Source of the DNA: Thermoanaerobaculia bacterium
Lineage (GTDB): Bacteria > Acidobacteriota > Thermoanaerobaculia > Gp7-AA8
NCBI GenBank assembly: GCA_038244715.1
Contig: JBBRTE010000001.1
Coordinates: 234,877-298,876 of the forward strand
Direction of reading: 5' to 3'
DNA length: 64,000 bases
This document shows, piece after piece, positions 21,432 to 30,488 of this stretch. The notes under the pieces are model-generated. The model saw only the letters and a program-made list of their open reading frames with translations. It did not search any database and was not told the DNA's origin. The translations under genes were made by a program, and so were the position numbers. How positions within the stretch are numbered: the first letter of the stretch is position 1; each line of letters begins with the position of its first letter.

Positions 21432-22135
21432 GCGGCCACCTCTCCCTTGAGACTCGCGGTCGCAAGGCGCAGCGGCGGCGGCGCGACCTCTTCCTGGAAG
21501 TGCAGGGCGGCCGTGCGCGCACGCAGCGCCATCGTCCCGCCGATCAGCAACAGCATCCCCGCGAAATTCATGAGGAGCGGAACGAGAAACTCCCGCGAGA
21601 TTGTGGAAAGACCCGATTGCTGCTGATGGAGCGAGTTCCACCACTTGACGGAGAAGTAGACGATCGGAACATCGATATAGCCCACGATCGTCGCGACCGC
21701 TGACCATGTGGCTCGCTTCACCGGCTCATCGATGAAGTGGCGGAGCGCGCTGATCCCCGCGAACACCATCAGCAGAACCGCCACCGTGGTCAGACGCGGA
21801 TCCCAATCCCACCACACACCCCAGGTCGGCTTGGCCCAGATCGATCCCTGGATGCACAGGAGGAGACACAGCACGACGGACATCTCGATCGCTGCCTCGA
21901 GATGGTGGTCCCAGCGCGAGCCGGCGGTCGTCAGGTAGAGGAGCGCACAGACAAACGCCCAGGTCAGAACCAGCATCGCCGTCCAGGCCGTCGGCACGTG
22001 GACGTACATGATTCGTTGAACATCGCCCATGTGCTGCTCGGCGGGAGCGATGGCCAGTCCGTTGTACGTCCCGGCCAGCAACGAAAGGATCCCTGCGAAG
22101 ATAGAAAAGAGTGCAAAACGAAACAGATTCTTCAT
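21428..22135 (-). CDS. ccmC: Cytochrome c maturation heme exporter CcmC
   Basis: IMYVHVP, WAKPTWGVWWDWDPRLTT (WWD domain) and WWNSLHQ. Confidence 0.93.
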   Translation of the reverse strand: MKNLFRFALFSIFAGILSLLAGTYNGLAIAPAEQHMGDVQRIMYVHVPTAWTAMLVLTWAFVCALLYLTTAGSRWDHHLEAAIEMSVVLCLLLCIQGSIWAKPTWGVWWDWDPRLTTVAVLLMVFAGISALRHFIDEPVKRATWSAVATIVGYIDVPIVYFSVKWWNSLHQQQSGLSTISREFLVPLLMNFAGMLLLIGGTMALRARTAALHFQEEVAPPPLRLATASLKGEVAA

Positions 22136-22196
22136 TCCGGACGAGAACATAGTGCAGGCAACTCTGATCATGGCGTACCCGGAGTCACGAGATGCG

Positions 22197-22211
22197 GTGA
22201 TCGCCATCACA
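22197..22211. promoter_or_regulatory. CRP/FNR-family box GTGA-tcgcca-TCACA
   Basis: In the divergent ccmC/mtrC intergenic region. Confidence 0.65.
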
Positions 22212-22310
22212 CAACTAGAGTGCGCCCGCACATGGGCCAGCGAGACGATCCGGCCTACTTTGTACCCAGTCAATACCGACCGCCTGGAAGTCAGGGAAAT
22301 GGAGATACGT

Positions 22311-24440
22311 ATGAAGACAGGAATGAAACGCGCCGCACTTGTACTGACCGCCGCGTTACTTGCCGTTCCTTTGGTGGCACAAACGACTGGGCGTCAACGA
22401 TCGGCCGCACCGCCGGCGGCTGCCGCGCAACCGCGCTACAACGCCAGTCAGATCGAGGCGTACCTGACGGCCAGTGACATCGCCTTCATCCGTCCCGGTC
22501 TGAAGATCATCGTCAACTCCATCACGATCGGCGGTAACCGGATACCGGTGGTCGACATCAGCCTGACCGACAGCCTCGACCAGCCGCTGGACAGGCTTGG
22601 TAAGGTCACGCCGGGCGCGATCTCGGTGAGCTTCATCCTCTCCTGGTACGACCCCGCCACCCGCCAGTACACGGCGTATACCACGCGTACCCAGACCACG
22701 CCGGCGAGTTCGCCGCGTCCTGGTGTGAGCGCGATTCAGGCCGGAACCGACACAGGAACCTTCACCGACCTCGAAGTCGGGCACGCCAAGTTCACATTCA
22801 AGACCGTCCTGCCCGCGGGCTTCGATCAGACGAAGACACACACCCTGGGCATCTACGCGACGCGCGCCCTCGGTGCCGTGCCGGGAATCGACCCGGCCCT
22901 GGCCAAGAACTACTACGCGAACGTCGAATACGACTTCCGCCCCGACGGTGTCGCGCCGACGGACAAGTGGGACAAGATCAATCTGGCCACCAGCTGCAAT
23001 AATTGCCACGATCCTCTCAGCGCCCACGGAGGAGCACGGCAGGATCCGAAGCTCTGCGCCCTTTGCCATCAGCCGCAGACCGTTGATCCTGATACCGGGA
23101 ACACCGTCGACTTCAAGGTCATGATTCATAAGATCCACGACGGCAAACATCTCCCGAGTGTGTTGGCCGGTACGCCCTACCAGATCATCGGCTTCAACCA
23201 GACCGTAGCTGACTACTCGACGGTGGGGCTGCCGCAGGACATCCGCAACTGCGCGAACTGCCACGAAGGGACGAACCCGGCAACCAAGCCGGCACAGGCC
23301 AGCGTCTGGTACACCAATCCGAGCCGCGCCGCTTGCGGCTCCTGCCACGACGATATCGATTGGGTTACCGGAAAGAATCATCCCGCCGGTCCGCAGACCG
23401 ACGACAAGGCCTGCGCCTCGTGCCACCAGCCCCAAGGCGGCGAGTTCGACGCCTCGATCAAAGGCGCGCACCTCGTTCCGTCCGACTCCACGCAGCTGAA
23501 GGGCCTGACAGCGAGCGTGGTGAGCGTGAAGGACCTTGCCCCCGGGAAGAACCCGACGGTGGTCTTCAACCTCAAGAACGGGGACGGTACTGTCGTCAAC
23601 GGCAACCTGCTGACGTCGTTCGCTCCGATGGTGGCCGGACCAACCACCAGTTACACGACGACCATTCGCGAGTCGGCGCAGGGAAAATCGACGTTCGACG
23701 CCGCGACCGGTAACACCACCTACACATTTGTCGCCGCACTTCCCGCCACCGCCAGCGGCACCTGGGCTGTGAGCCTCGATGCCTATCGCAACGCGATCTT
23801 GAAACGCGGCGATGGCCAAGCGGACATCGCGCTCCGCGAGGCGGCGGTGAATCCTGTCAGGTACTTCGCGATCACCGGCCCAGTAGTGCCGCGCCGTACG
23901 GACATCACCTTGCCGCAGTGCAACAGTTGCCACGACCGCCTGGCGTTGCATGGTGAACAGCGGCTTTTCACGCAAGAGTGCGTGATTTGCCACAACCCGG
24001 TCGCTAGCGACGTTGCGCGCCGGCCCGCCGCTGAGGGACCGCCGGAGTCGATTTCCTTCCAGCGCATGATCCACCGCATCCATACCGGCGAGAACCTGAC
24101 ACAGGACTTCACGATCTACGGTTTCGGCGGTAGTAAGAACAACTTCAACGAGGTTCGGTTCCCGGGCGACCGCCGCAACTGCGCGAAGTGCCACGCCGGC
24201 AACGCCTTCACGCTTCCGCTGCCGACCGGGATCGGATCCGTGACTACGTTGCGCGACTACTTCACCCCGCAGGGACCGGCCACGGCCGCCTGCCTCGGTT
24301 GTCACGACAGCAAGGACACGGCGGCACACGCCTACCTCAATACAGTCACGTTCCCCGGTGCCGCGACCTCGTCGGAAGCGTGCGCAACCTGCCACAGCAC
24401 CGGTAAGGACTGGGCTGTCGAAAAGGTGCACGCCCGGTAA
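22311..24440 (+). CDS. mtrC: OmcA/MtrC-family decaheme cytochrome c
   Basis: Beta domain, 5 CxxCH, beta domain, 5 CxxCH; FKVMIHKIH and FQRMIHRIH motifs; RBS GGAG. Confidence 0.88.
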   Translation: MKTGMKRAALVLTAALLAVPLVAQTTGRQRSAAPPAAAAQPRYNASQIEAYLTASDIAFIRPGLKIIVNSITIGGNRIPVVDISLTDSLDQPLDRLGKVTPGAISVSFILSWYDPATRQYTAYTTRTQTTPASSPRPGVSAIQAGTDTGTFTDLEVGHAKFTFKTVLPAGFDQTKTHTLGIYATRALGAVPGIDPALAKNYYANVEYDFRPDGVAPTDKWDKINLATSCNNCHDPLSAHGGARQDPKLCALCHQPQTVDPDTGNTVDFKVMIHKIHDGKHLPSVLAGTPYQIIGFNQTVADYSTVGLPQDIRNCANCHEGTNPATKPAQASVWYTNPSRAACGSCHDDIDWVTGKNHPAGPQTDDKACASCHQPQGGEFDASIKGAHLVPSDSTQLKGLTASVVSVKDLAPGKNPTVVFNLKNGDGTVVNGNLLTSFAPMVAGPTTSYTTTIRESAQGKSTFDAATGNTTYTFVAALPATASGTWAVSLDAYRNAILKRGDGQADIALREAAVNPVRYFAITGPVVPRRTDITLPQCNSCHDRLALHGEQRLFTQECVICHNPVASDVARRPAAEGPPESISFQRMIHRIHTGENLTQDFTIYGFGGSKNNFNEVRFPGDRRNCAKCHAGNAFTLPLPTGIGSVTTLRDYFTPQGPATAACLGCHDSKDTAAHAYLNTVTFPGAATSSEACATCHSTGKDWAVEKVHAR

Positions 24441-24453
24441 TTCAGCGCAAGGT

Positions 24454-24478
24454 CGAGGGGGCCGCAAAGGCCCCCTCG
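24454..24478 (+). terminator. Intercistronic hairpin between mtrC and mtrA
   Basis: CGAGGGGGCC-GCAAA-GGCCCCCTCG perfect 10-bp stem with no U-tract. Confidence 0.55.
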
Positions 24479-24496
24479 CAGCGCCAGGAGAATGCG

Positions 24497-25483
24497 ATGA
24501 GGCACCACTGGTCCGGCCGGATGGCCTTCATGCTCTGTCTCGCGCTGTCACCGGGCCTTGCCCGCGGTCAGCAGACGACGACACAGCCCCCGCCCACGGA
24601 AACTGCAGCACCTCAGACCCAGACCAATCCACCAGCCACCCCTACTCCTCCAGCCGCCGCGGCCACTGCCGCTGAACCGGCTGCCCTCCCCGCCTGCACC
24701 GATTGCCATGACGCCATGAAAGCGATCACCGCCACAGCTCACGGCCACGGCAAGGCGACGAAAGGCGACATCCCGAACGCGCTTTGTGAGAGTTGCCACG
24801 GCGATGGTAAGGCGCACATGGAAGGCGGCGGCGACAAGACGAAAATCTTCAAACCAGCAGGACTCGAAGGCGCCACCAAGACCTGCATGACCTGTCATGA
24901 CACCGCCACCGATCGAGTCTCGCGTCACGCCGGCGTGCATGCGAATTCAGCGGCGGTGAACTGTCTGACGTGTCACTCCATTCACGCATCCGAGGCACAC
25001 GCTCCGCACCTGCTGGTAAAGAAACAGCTCGCGCTCTGCGACAGCTGCCACATGACCCAGGTCGCATCGTTCCGCAACAAACCGTACGCCCACCGTCTCG
25101 GGCGCGGCGGCATGGAATGCGCGTCGTGTCACGAGCCGCACGGATTGCCCGGCAAGGACAACCTGCGCCTGACGCGAGCCGGTGAACTGCCCTGCCTCTC
25201 GTGCCATGCCGACAAGCGCGGTCCATTCGTCTTCCAGCATGGCTCCGTCGCGCTCGGCGACTGTACAACGTGCCACGAACCCCACGGCTCCTCGAATCCG
25301 AAGCAGCTCAAACGCGCCACCGTCGCGCAACTCTGCATCGAGTGTCACTCACCCATCAGCGGAACGACTCTCGGCTCACAGCCGCCGGCGTTCCACAACC
25401 TGAACAGCCCGCGTTATCAGAACTGCACGACCTGCCACGTGGCTGTCCATGGATCCAACCGCGATCCGCAATTGCTCAAGTAG
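24497..25483 (+). CDS. mtrA: DmsE/MtrA-family periplasmic decaheme cytochrome c
   Basis: Signal peptide, 10 CxxCH, KRGPFVFQH and C-terminal CTTCHVAVHGSN. Confidence 0.92.
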   Translation: MRHHWSGRMAFMLCLALSPGLARGQQTTTQPPPTETAAPQTQTNPPATPTPPAAAATAAEPAALPACTDCHDAMKAITATAHGHGKATKGDIPNALCESCHGDGKAHMEGGGDKTKIFKPAGLEGATKTCMTCHDTATDRVSRHAGVHANSAAVNCLTCHSIHASEAHAPHLLVKKQLALCDSCHMTQVASFRNKPYAHRLGRGGMECASCHEPHGLPGKDNLRLTRAGELPCLSCHADKRGPFVFQHGSVALGDCTTCHEPHGSSNPKQLKRATVAQLCIECHSPISGTTLGSQPPAFHNLNSPRYQNCTTCHVAVHGSNRDPQLLK

Positions 25484-25494
25484 GCGAGGCTGAG

Positions 25495-27435
25495 ATGAAA
25501 CGAATCGTCACCACCTGCCTTTCCGCCGCACTTCTCGCGATTGCGTTCAGTGCGCGCGCGCAGTCACTCCCCTTCGACCTTGAGATCGGTTACCGCTGGC
25601 TCGACCTCAAAGGCAGCGAGAACATGTACCGCAGCCAGATCAACGAGCGCAGCGGACTGCTGCTCCGGACCTTCACGCTGGCCACCTCCGACTTCAACGG
25701 TGGGACCACCCTGGCCGACCGCTTTCGGATCGACGTGAGCGACCTCGGGTCCGGCCCGGCCAGTTCCATCCGGCTCGAGGCCGACCGGACGCACAGCTAC
25801 CGCCTGCGCATCGGCTATCGCTCCACGAACGCGTTCAGCGCCCTCCCCTCCTTCGCGAATCCCCTGCTCGCTCAGGGCATCGTGCCAGGACAGCACACCT
25901 ACAACCGCACGCGCAGCATGTTCGACGCCGATCTCGAACTGATCCCCGATCGCGCCATCGTGCCGTTCATCGGCTTCACCTGGAACGACAACCACGGTCC
26001 CGGCGAGACCACCTATCACCTCGGCCAGGACGAGTTCCGGCTATCCGACAATCTGCGGGAGCATGACCGCGAGATCCGGGCCGGCGCCTCGTTCCATCTC
26101 GGCCCGGTGCAGGGCCAGCTGACGCAGGGATGGCGCAGTTTCAGCGGCACGCAGTCTCTCGCCCTGATCAGCGGCACGGGAGCGGGCAACAATCCCGGCT
26201 CGATTCTCGATCAGCCGATCAGCGCGAGCACGATCTTCCGCACCGATCGCACGCACGTCAAGACTCCGTTCACGAACGTCTACATCGCCGGTACGGCGTT
26301 GAATCGCGTGCGTCTCATCGGCAACTACACGCGCTTCGCGGCCGATGCGGATGGCAGCGAGAGCGAAAGCTCGAGCGGGTCGTTCGTCTCGTTTCCACTC
26401 AGCCGCTACTTCAGCGGGACCTCCGAGCAAGCCTCGTCATCAGCGAAGAACACCACATGGCGTGGCGGTGGTCGCGCGGAAGTCGCCCTCTATCCGAACA
26501 TCGATTTCACCGCCGGGTTTCAGAAGCAACACCGCGAGCTCGATGGCGCCGGAATCATCGATACGATCTTCCTGCAGACCTTGACCTTCGCCGGCCTCGA
26601 CCGCCGCGACATCGAGACCGTGCTTCACTCGACGAGCTCCATGAATCGCGATGAGGACGTGCTCAACGCCGGTGTCTCCGCGCGTGCGCTCGGACCATTC
26701 GCGCTCCGCGGCGAGTACCGGACGACGAAGCAGGATGTGGATGTATCTCCTGACCTCTCCGAAATCGTCGTTCCCGGCTCGCAGGGCGGCTCGTTCAACC
26801 GCCGCATCCACACGCTGGATGCAAATGGCACGTACGCGAAGTCCGGACTGATGCTCGGCGTCGCCTGGCGGAAGGACAGCGCCAATCACCCGATCTTCCG
26901 CACCGACTTCCTCGATCGTGACCGCGTGCGCGTGCGTGGATCGTGGACCTCACCGAAGAACCTCTTCCGCGCCGGCGTCACCGCCGAGCGCACCAATCAG
27001 TCCAACAACGATCTGTCGATCGGTTACGACGCCACGATGAAACAGTACAGCGGCGACGCCGAAGTCGCTCCGGTGGCCTGGCTCCGCCTGCGCGCCTCCC
27101 TCTCACAATTCCGTGCAGACAGCAGCATCAGCTACCGGCTGCCGCAGAACTTTGCGGTCGCCGAATCGATCCACGTGGAAAACGGCAAGTCCCGCGAGCT
27201 GGGTGCCTCCTTCCTACGCGGCCCGTTCGCCCTCGACGGGAACCTGGCCCGGTTCCGCAATCAGGGTACGACGCCGTTCGACATCGACCGCTTCCGCGTT
27301 CGTGCCACGTTTGACTTCAAGTCGAAGACCGGCATCGCCGTGGAATGGGATCGCGACAAGTACAGCGAAGTGTCTCCATCGTTCGGAGACTTCGAGGCCA
27401 CCCGCTACGGCGTCTATCTCCGCTGGCATCCGTGA
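25495..27435 (+). CDS. mtrB: MtrB/PioB-like outer-membrane beta-barrel
   Basis: Signal peptide, alternating amphipathic beta strands, C-terminal YGVYLRW; directly follows mtrA. Confidence 0.8.
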   Translation: MKRIVTTCLSAALLAIAFSARAQSLPFDLEIGYRWLDLKGSENMYRSQINERSGLLLRTFTLATSDFNGGTTLADRFRIDVSDLGSGPASSIRLEADRTHSYRLRIGYRSTNAFSALPSFANPLLAQGIVPGQHTYNRTRSMFDADLELIPDRAIVPFIGFTWNDNHGPGETTYHLGQDEFRLSDNLREHDREIRAGASFHLGPVQGQLTQGWRSFSGTQSLALISGTGAGNNPGSILDQPISASTIFRTDRTHVKTPFTNVYIAGTALNRVRLIGNYTRFAADADGSESESSSGSFVSFPLSRYFSGTSEQASSSAKNTTWRGGGRAEVALYPNIDFTAGFQKQHRELDGAGIIDTIFLQTLTFAGLDRRDIETVLHSTSSMNRDEDVLNAGVSARALGPFALRGEYRTTKQDVDVSPDLSEIVVPGSQGGSFNRRIHTLDANGTYAKSGLMLGVAWRKDSANHPIFRTDFLDRDRVRVRGSWTSPKNLFRAGVTAERTNQSNNDLSIGYDATMKQYSGDAEVAPVAWLRLRASLSQFRADSSISYRLPQNFAVAESIHVENGKSRELGASFLRGPFALDGNLARFRNQGTTPFDIDRFRVRATFDFKSKTGIAVEWDRDKYSEVSPSFGDFEATRYGVYLRWHP

Positions 27436-27998
27436 AGATCTCGCTCTTCGTCGGCGATCTGTGTGACGCACCCGCCGCCGCGCTCTGTACCTCGACCAAC
27501 CCCCGGCTTTCGCTCGCGATGGGCACCGGGGGGGCCGTTCGCGGACGCGGTGGCTACTCGATCCTGAGGGAGTGTGAGGCGATCGCCGGCCATGGTCTCC
27601 TCCCTGCCGGCTCCGCCCACGTGACCTCTGCGGGCGATCTCTCCGCCACCGTGATCATCCACTGCGTCGCAAGCGACGCTCATCATCAGTCCTCACCCGA
27701 CATCGTCCGTGCGTGCGTACGCAACGCATTGGTCCGCGCGCACGAGGCGGGCTGCACGACGATCGCCCTCCCCGTCTTCGCCAGCGGCCACGCCGGCTTC
27801 CGCTTCGACCACTCGCTGCGGTTGATCGTCGAGGAGCTGGCCGGCGACGCGCTCGCTCACGCCTACATCGTGATCAACGATCCGGAGTCGCTCGACGACG
27901 CCGTCCGCGTGGTCCGCCAGGCCGGAGTCGAGCCCGACGTTCTCCGATCACCAGACGTCCGACCGGCCGAGCGCAGCGGGTGGTTCGCCGAGGAGTAG
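27432..27998 (+). CDS. Macro-domain protein
   Basis: GTGA overlap with mtrB; VGDL, MGTGGAV, TSAGDL..IIHCV and IALPVFASG. Confidence 0.8.
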   Translation: MKISLFVGDLCDAPAAALCTSTNPRLSLAMGTGGAVRGRGGYSILRECEAIAGHGLLPAGSAHVTSAGDLSATVIIHCVASDAHHQSSPDIVRACVRNALVRAHEAGCTTIALPVFASGHAGFRFDHSLRLIVEELAGDALAHAYIVINDPESLDDAVRVVRQAGVEPDVLRSPDVRPAERSGWFAEE

Positions 27999-28044
27999 GC
28001 GCGGGTGGAAGTGGGGCGTCGGCGGGCGCCCGGCTCGACAGCGA

Positions 28045-28092
28045 CCCCTCAACCGGCCTTCGGCCACCTTCTCCCCGCAAGCGGGGCGAAGG
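28045..28092. repeat. REP-like palindromic element
   Basis: CCCCTCAACCGGCCTTCGGCCACCTTCTCCCCGCAAGCGGGGCGAAGG double hairpin between convergent genes. Confidence 0.6.
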
Positions 28093-28209
28093 CCCTCGCG
28101 ATTGAGTGCGTTCGCGAACCCGCGATGGCAACAGCTCAACAACTTCATCCGCATCGTGTACTGGGTCGTCCGCCTGAAGCAAACACCCTGAGCGTATCTG
28201 TGATCAGAC

Positions 28210-29376
28210 CTACGCGATCGCGTACCGTGCCGCGATCGGCTCGTACGTGCAGAGCGGATCGGACGCGTACACATCCCCGGTCATCGACCACGCCCTTGCC
28301 CGCGAGCCTCCGCAGAGATCGCGAAACTCGCAGATCCCGCACTTGCCTTTGAGATTGCTGCTGTTGCGCAGGCCCATGAACAGCTCGCTCGTGCGGTAGA
28401 TGTCGCCGAGCGACTCCTTCTTGACGTTGCCCGCCTTGAGCGGGAGGAAGCCGCTGGGAAAGACGTCGCCCAGGTGCGAGATGAAGACGAAACCCTTCCC
28501 TTCGTTGACGCCCCGAGGAGCGCGACCGACCGCACCGCTCTGCGCCTTGATGCCGAGCGGCATCGAGCGAACACCGTTCTGGAGGAAGAGGGTCGATGCG
28601 TCGATCAGACCGGTCACGGGATCGAGAAGGTTCTCGATCGATTCATGCCTCTCCGCGGCCATCCGCTGCAGCATGTAGCGGCGGTAGTGCATGGCTTCCG
28701 TTGTCCGGATCGCGAACGGCACGCGCTTGCTGGTCTCGTAGAGGAATCCGAAGAGCTGTTCGACGGCTTCGGGCGAGACGAGATCGCCCCGCTTGCCCCT
28801 TCCCGTCGGGACGAGGAAGAAGACGCTCCACATCGCGATGCCGAGGTCAGTGAGGAGGTCGACCATCTGCGGGAGATCGTCGATCGTGCGGCGCGTGACC
28901 GTCGTGTTGACCTGCACCGGGATCCCTTCACGCTCGGCTGCGCGGAGCGCGCGGATCGTGAGGTCGAACGATCCCGGAACGCGGCGGAACTCATCGTGCA
29001 GGTCGGCACGCGATGCGTCGAGACTGATGGCCAGACGCGCCAGACCGCGCCGTTTCATACGCGAGATCGCGGCCTCCGTCAGCAGTGGTGTGGCGCTCGG
29101 CGTCAGCGATGGCTCGAGACCCTTCTCCTTCGCGTATTCGATGAAGTCGTACGTGTCTTCGCGCTTGAGCGGGTCGCCACCGGTGAGCACAAACACCTTC
29201 GGCTTCAGCAGCGCGATGTCGTCGATGAGCCGGAAGCCCTCCTCGGTCGTCAGCTCGAACTGGCTGCGCTTCGGTTGCGCCGCAGCGCGGCAGTGCACGC
29301 AGGAGAGATCACAGGCACGGGTGTTTTCCCAGATCACGACGAATGGATTGACGTTGAAATCGATTTCGGACTTCAC
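28210..29376 (-). CDS. ahbD: Radical SAM/SPASM enzyme, AhbD/NirJ2-like
   Basis: WENTRACDLSCVHC, TGGDPL and SPASM CGICEFRDLCGGSRARA...DPLC; GTG start coupled to upstream gene. Confidence 0.75.
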   Translation of the reverse strand: MKSEIDFNVNPFVVIWENTRACDLSCVHCRAAAQPKRSQFELTTEEGFRLIDDIALLKPKVFVLTGGDPLKREDTYDFIEYAKEKGLEPSLTPSATPLLTEAAISRMKRRGLARLAISLDASRADLHDEFRRVPGSFDLTIRALRAAEREGIPVQVNTTVTRRTIDDLPQMVDLLTDLGIAMWSVFFLVPTGRGKRGDLVSPEAVEQLFGFLYETSKRVPFAIRTTEAMHYRRYMLQRMAAERHESIENLLDPVTGLIDASTLFLQNGVRSMPLGIKAQSGAVGRAPRGVNEGKGFVFISHLGDVFPSGFLPLKAGNVKKESLGDIYRTSELFMGLRNSSNLKGKCGICEFRDLCGGSRARAWSMTGDVYASDPLCTYEPIAARYAIA

Positions 29377-30488
29377 AGGACACCTGCCTTTTCCGCCCAC
29401 ACCCGATACGCGACGGGCGAAATCTCGGACGGTTTGATCTCCGCGCGGCCGCCCCAGTAAACGTTCGTGAACGTTGCACCGAGCCCGATCGCGTCGAGGT
29501 GCGCATCGATGGCCACCTTGTGCGCCATCACCTGCTCCTTGTTCTCGCCGTGCGCGACGGCCATGATGTTGACGTTGTTGAGGTCCGGGCCGCCGTCGCG
29601 CCAGTAGCAATGCGTGAGGATCGAGAAACGTCCGATCTCCCGCCCCGCCTCGATCTCGCGTCCGGCCGGCACGGCCCAGTGAAACAGCCCGTTGAAGCTT
29701 GCGAGACGCTCATCTCCGGCCACGGGCTTGGTGTGCTCGAGAAAGGTGGAGAAGCGTCCGATGACTCCGCGGCGGTCGAGCTCTTCAGCCACCCTGAAGA
29801 ACGTCTCGACGTCGAATCCTGCCTCGCGCGCACGGCGCACCCACATTCCCTGACCGATCTCGGCCGGCGCGAAATCCCGCTTCAGCACGATCAGCACGTT
29901 CCACTCGCTCTCCGTGAGAGCGACGATCGACGGCTCCATGACTTCGGCCAGCGACGGGGACATGGCGCCGGGCTGCATCCCCTTGCGGCGCATGTGACCG
30001 ACGCCCAGCACGAACGCCCGCAACGCCGGCATCACGCGATACGCCTCCGCGCCGATCTGCTTCCGCAGGTACTGACAGTGGTTCTCGACCGAAAAGCCCG
30101 TCGGAACTTTGAGTGTCGTCCAGAGGCGCCAGGCGGTCGGTCCGTTCTCGCCATTGCGGATGACCACGTGACCGGTGAAGGGGTCGTCCCGCGACATCCG
30201 CTCGAACGCGCTTTCGATGAGTGCGTCATCGATCTTCCAGGCGATGAGTGCGCCCTGCGCGAGATTGGTCGCCAGGAGCGTTTGCCGCACGCGGCGGATC
30301 GTCCCTGCCTCGAGCATCGCGCGAATCCGTTCGGCGACCACGGACGGTTCAAGCTCCGACAACCGCGCGATCTCGCGGATCGGATCGCGCACGAAGCCCC
30401 GAATGCGATCCTCCGAGACCTCCAGAATGCGACGATTGATGACATCGTGCGGCGAGACCGGCACCGCGCACTGAAGCGCTACGCTCAC
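29373..30488 (-). CDS. Fused siroheme decarboxylase AhbA/B (NirDL/GH-like, Lrp/AsnC fold)
   Basis: Two tandem Lrp-like halves with GHVVIR and THCYWR; lies between ahbC- and ahbD-like genes. Confidence 0.8.
   Translation of the reverse strand: MSVALQCAVPVSPHDVINRRILEVSEDRIRGFVRDPIREIARLSELEPSVVAERIRAMLEAGTIRRVRQTLLATNLAQGALIAWKIDDALIESAFERMSRDDPFTGHVVIRNGENGPTAWRLWTTLKVPTGFSVENHCQYLRKQIGAEAYRVMPALRAFVLGVGHMRRKGMQPGAMSPSLAEVMEPSIVALTESEWNVLIVLKRDFAPAEIGQGMWVRRAREAGFDVETFFRVAEELDRRGVIGRFSTFLEHTKPVAGDERLASFNGLFHWAVPAGREIEAGREIGRFSILTHCYWRDGGPDLNNVNIMAVAHGENKEQVMAHKVAIDAHLDAIGLGATFTNVYWGGRAEIKPSEISPVAYRVWAEKAGVL

Noticed and set aside
22029-22310. N-terminal extensions given by the ORF track (MtrC, also MtrB, Dcm, KorB, AhbD)
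   Set aside because: They overlap neighbouring genes; downstream starts have an RBS, signal peptide or stop-start coupling.
22356-24467. 703-aa antisense ORF and many similar long ORFs (e.g. 7438..8853, 41251..42543, 57193..58818)
   Set aside because: Shadow frames opposite well-supported genes, typical of high-GC DNA, with no motifs.
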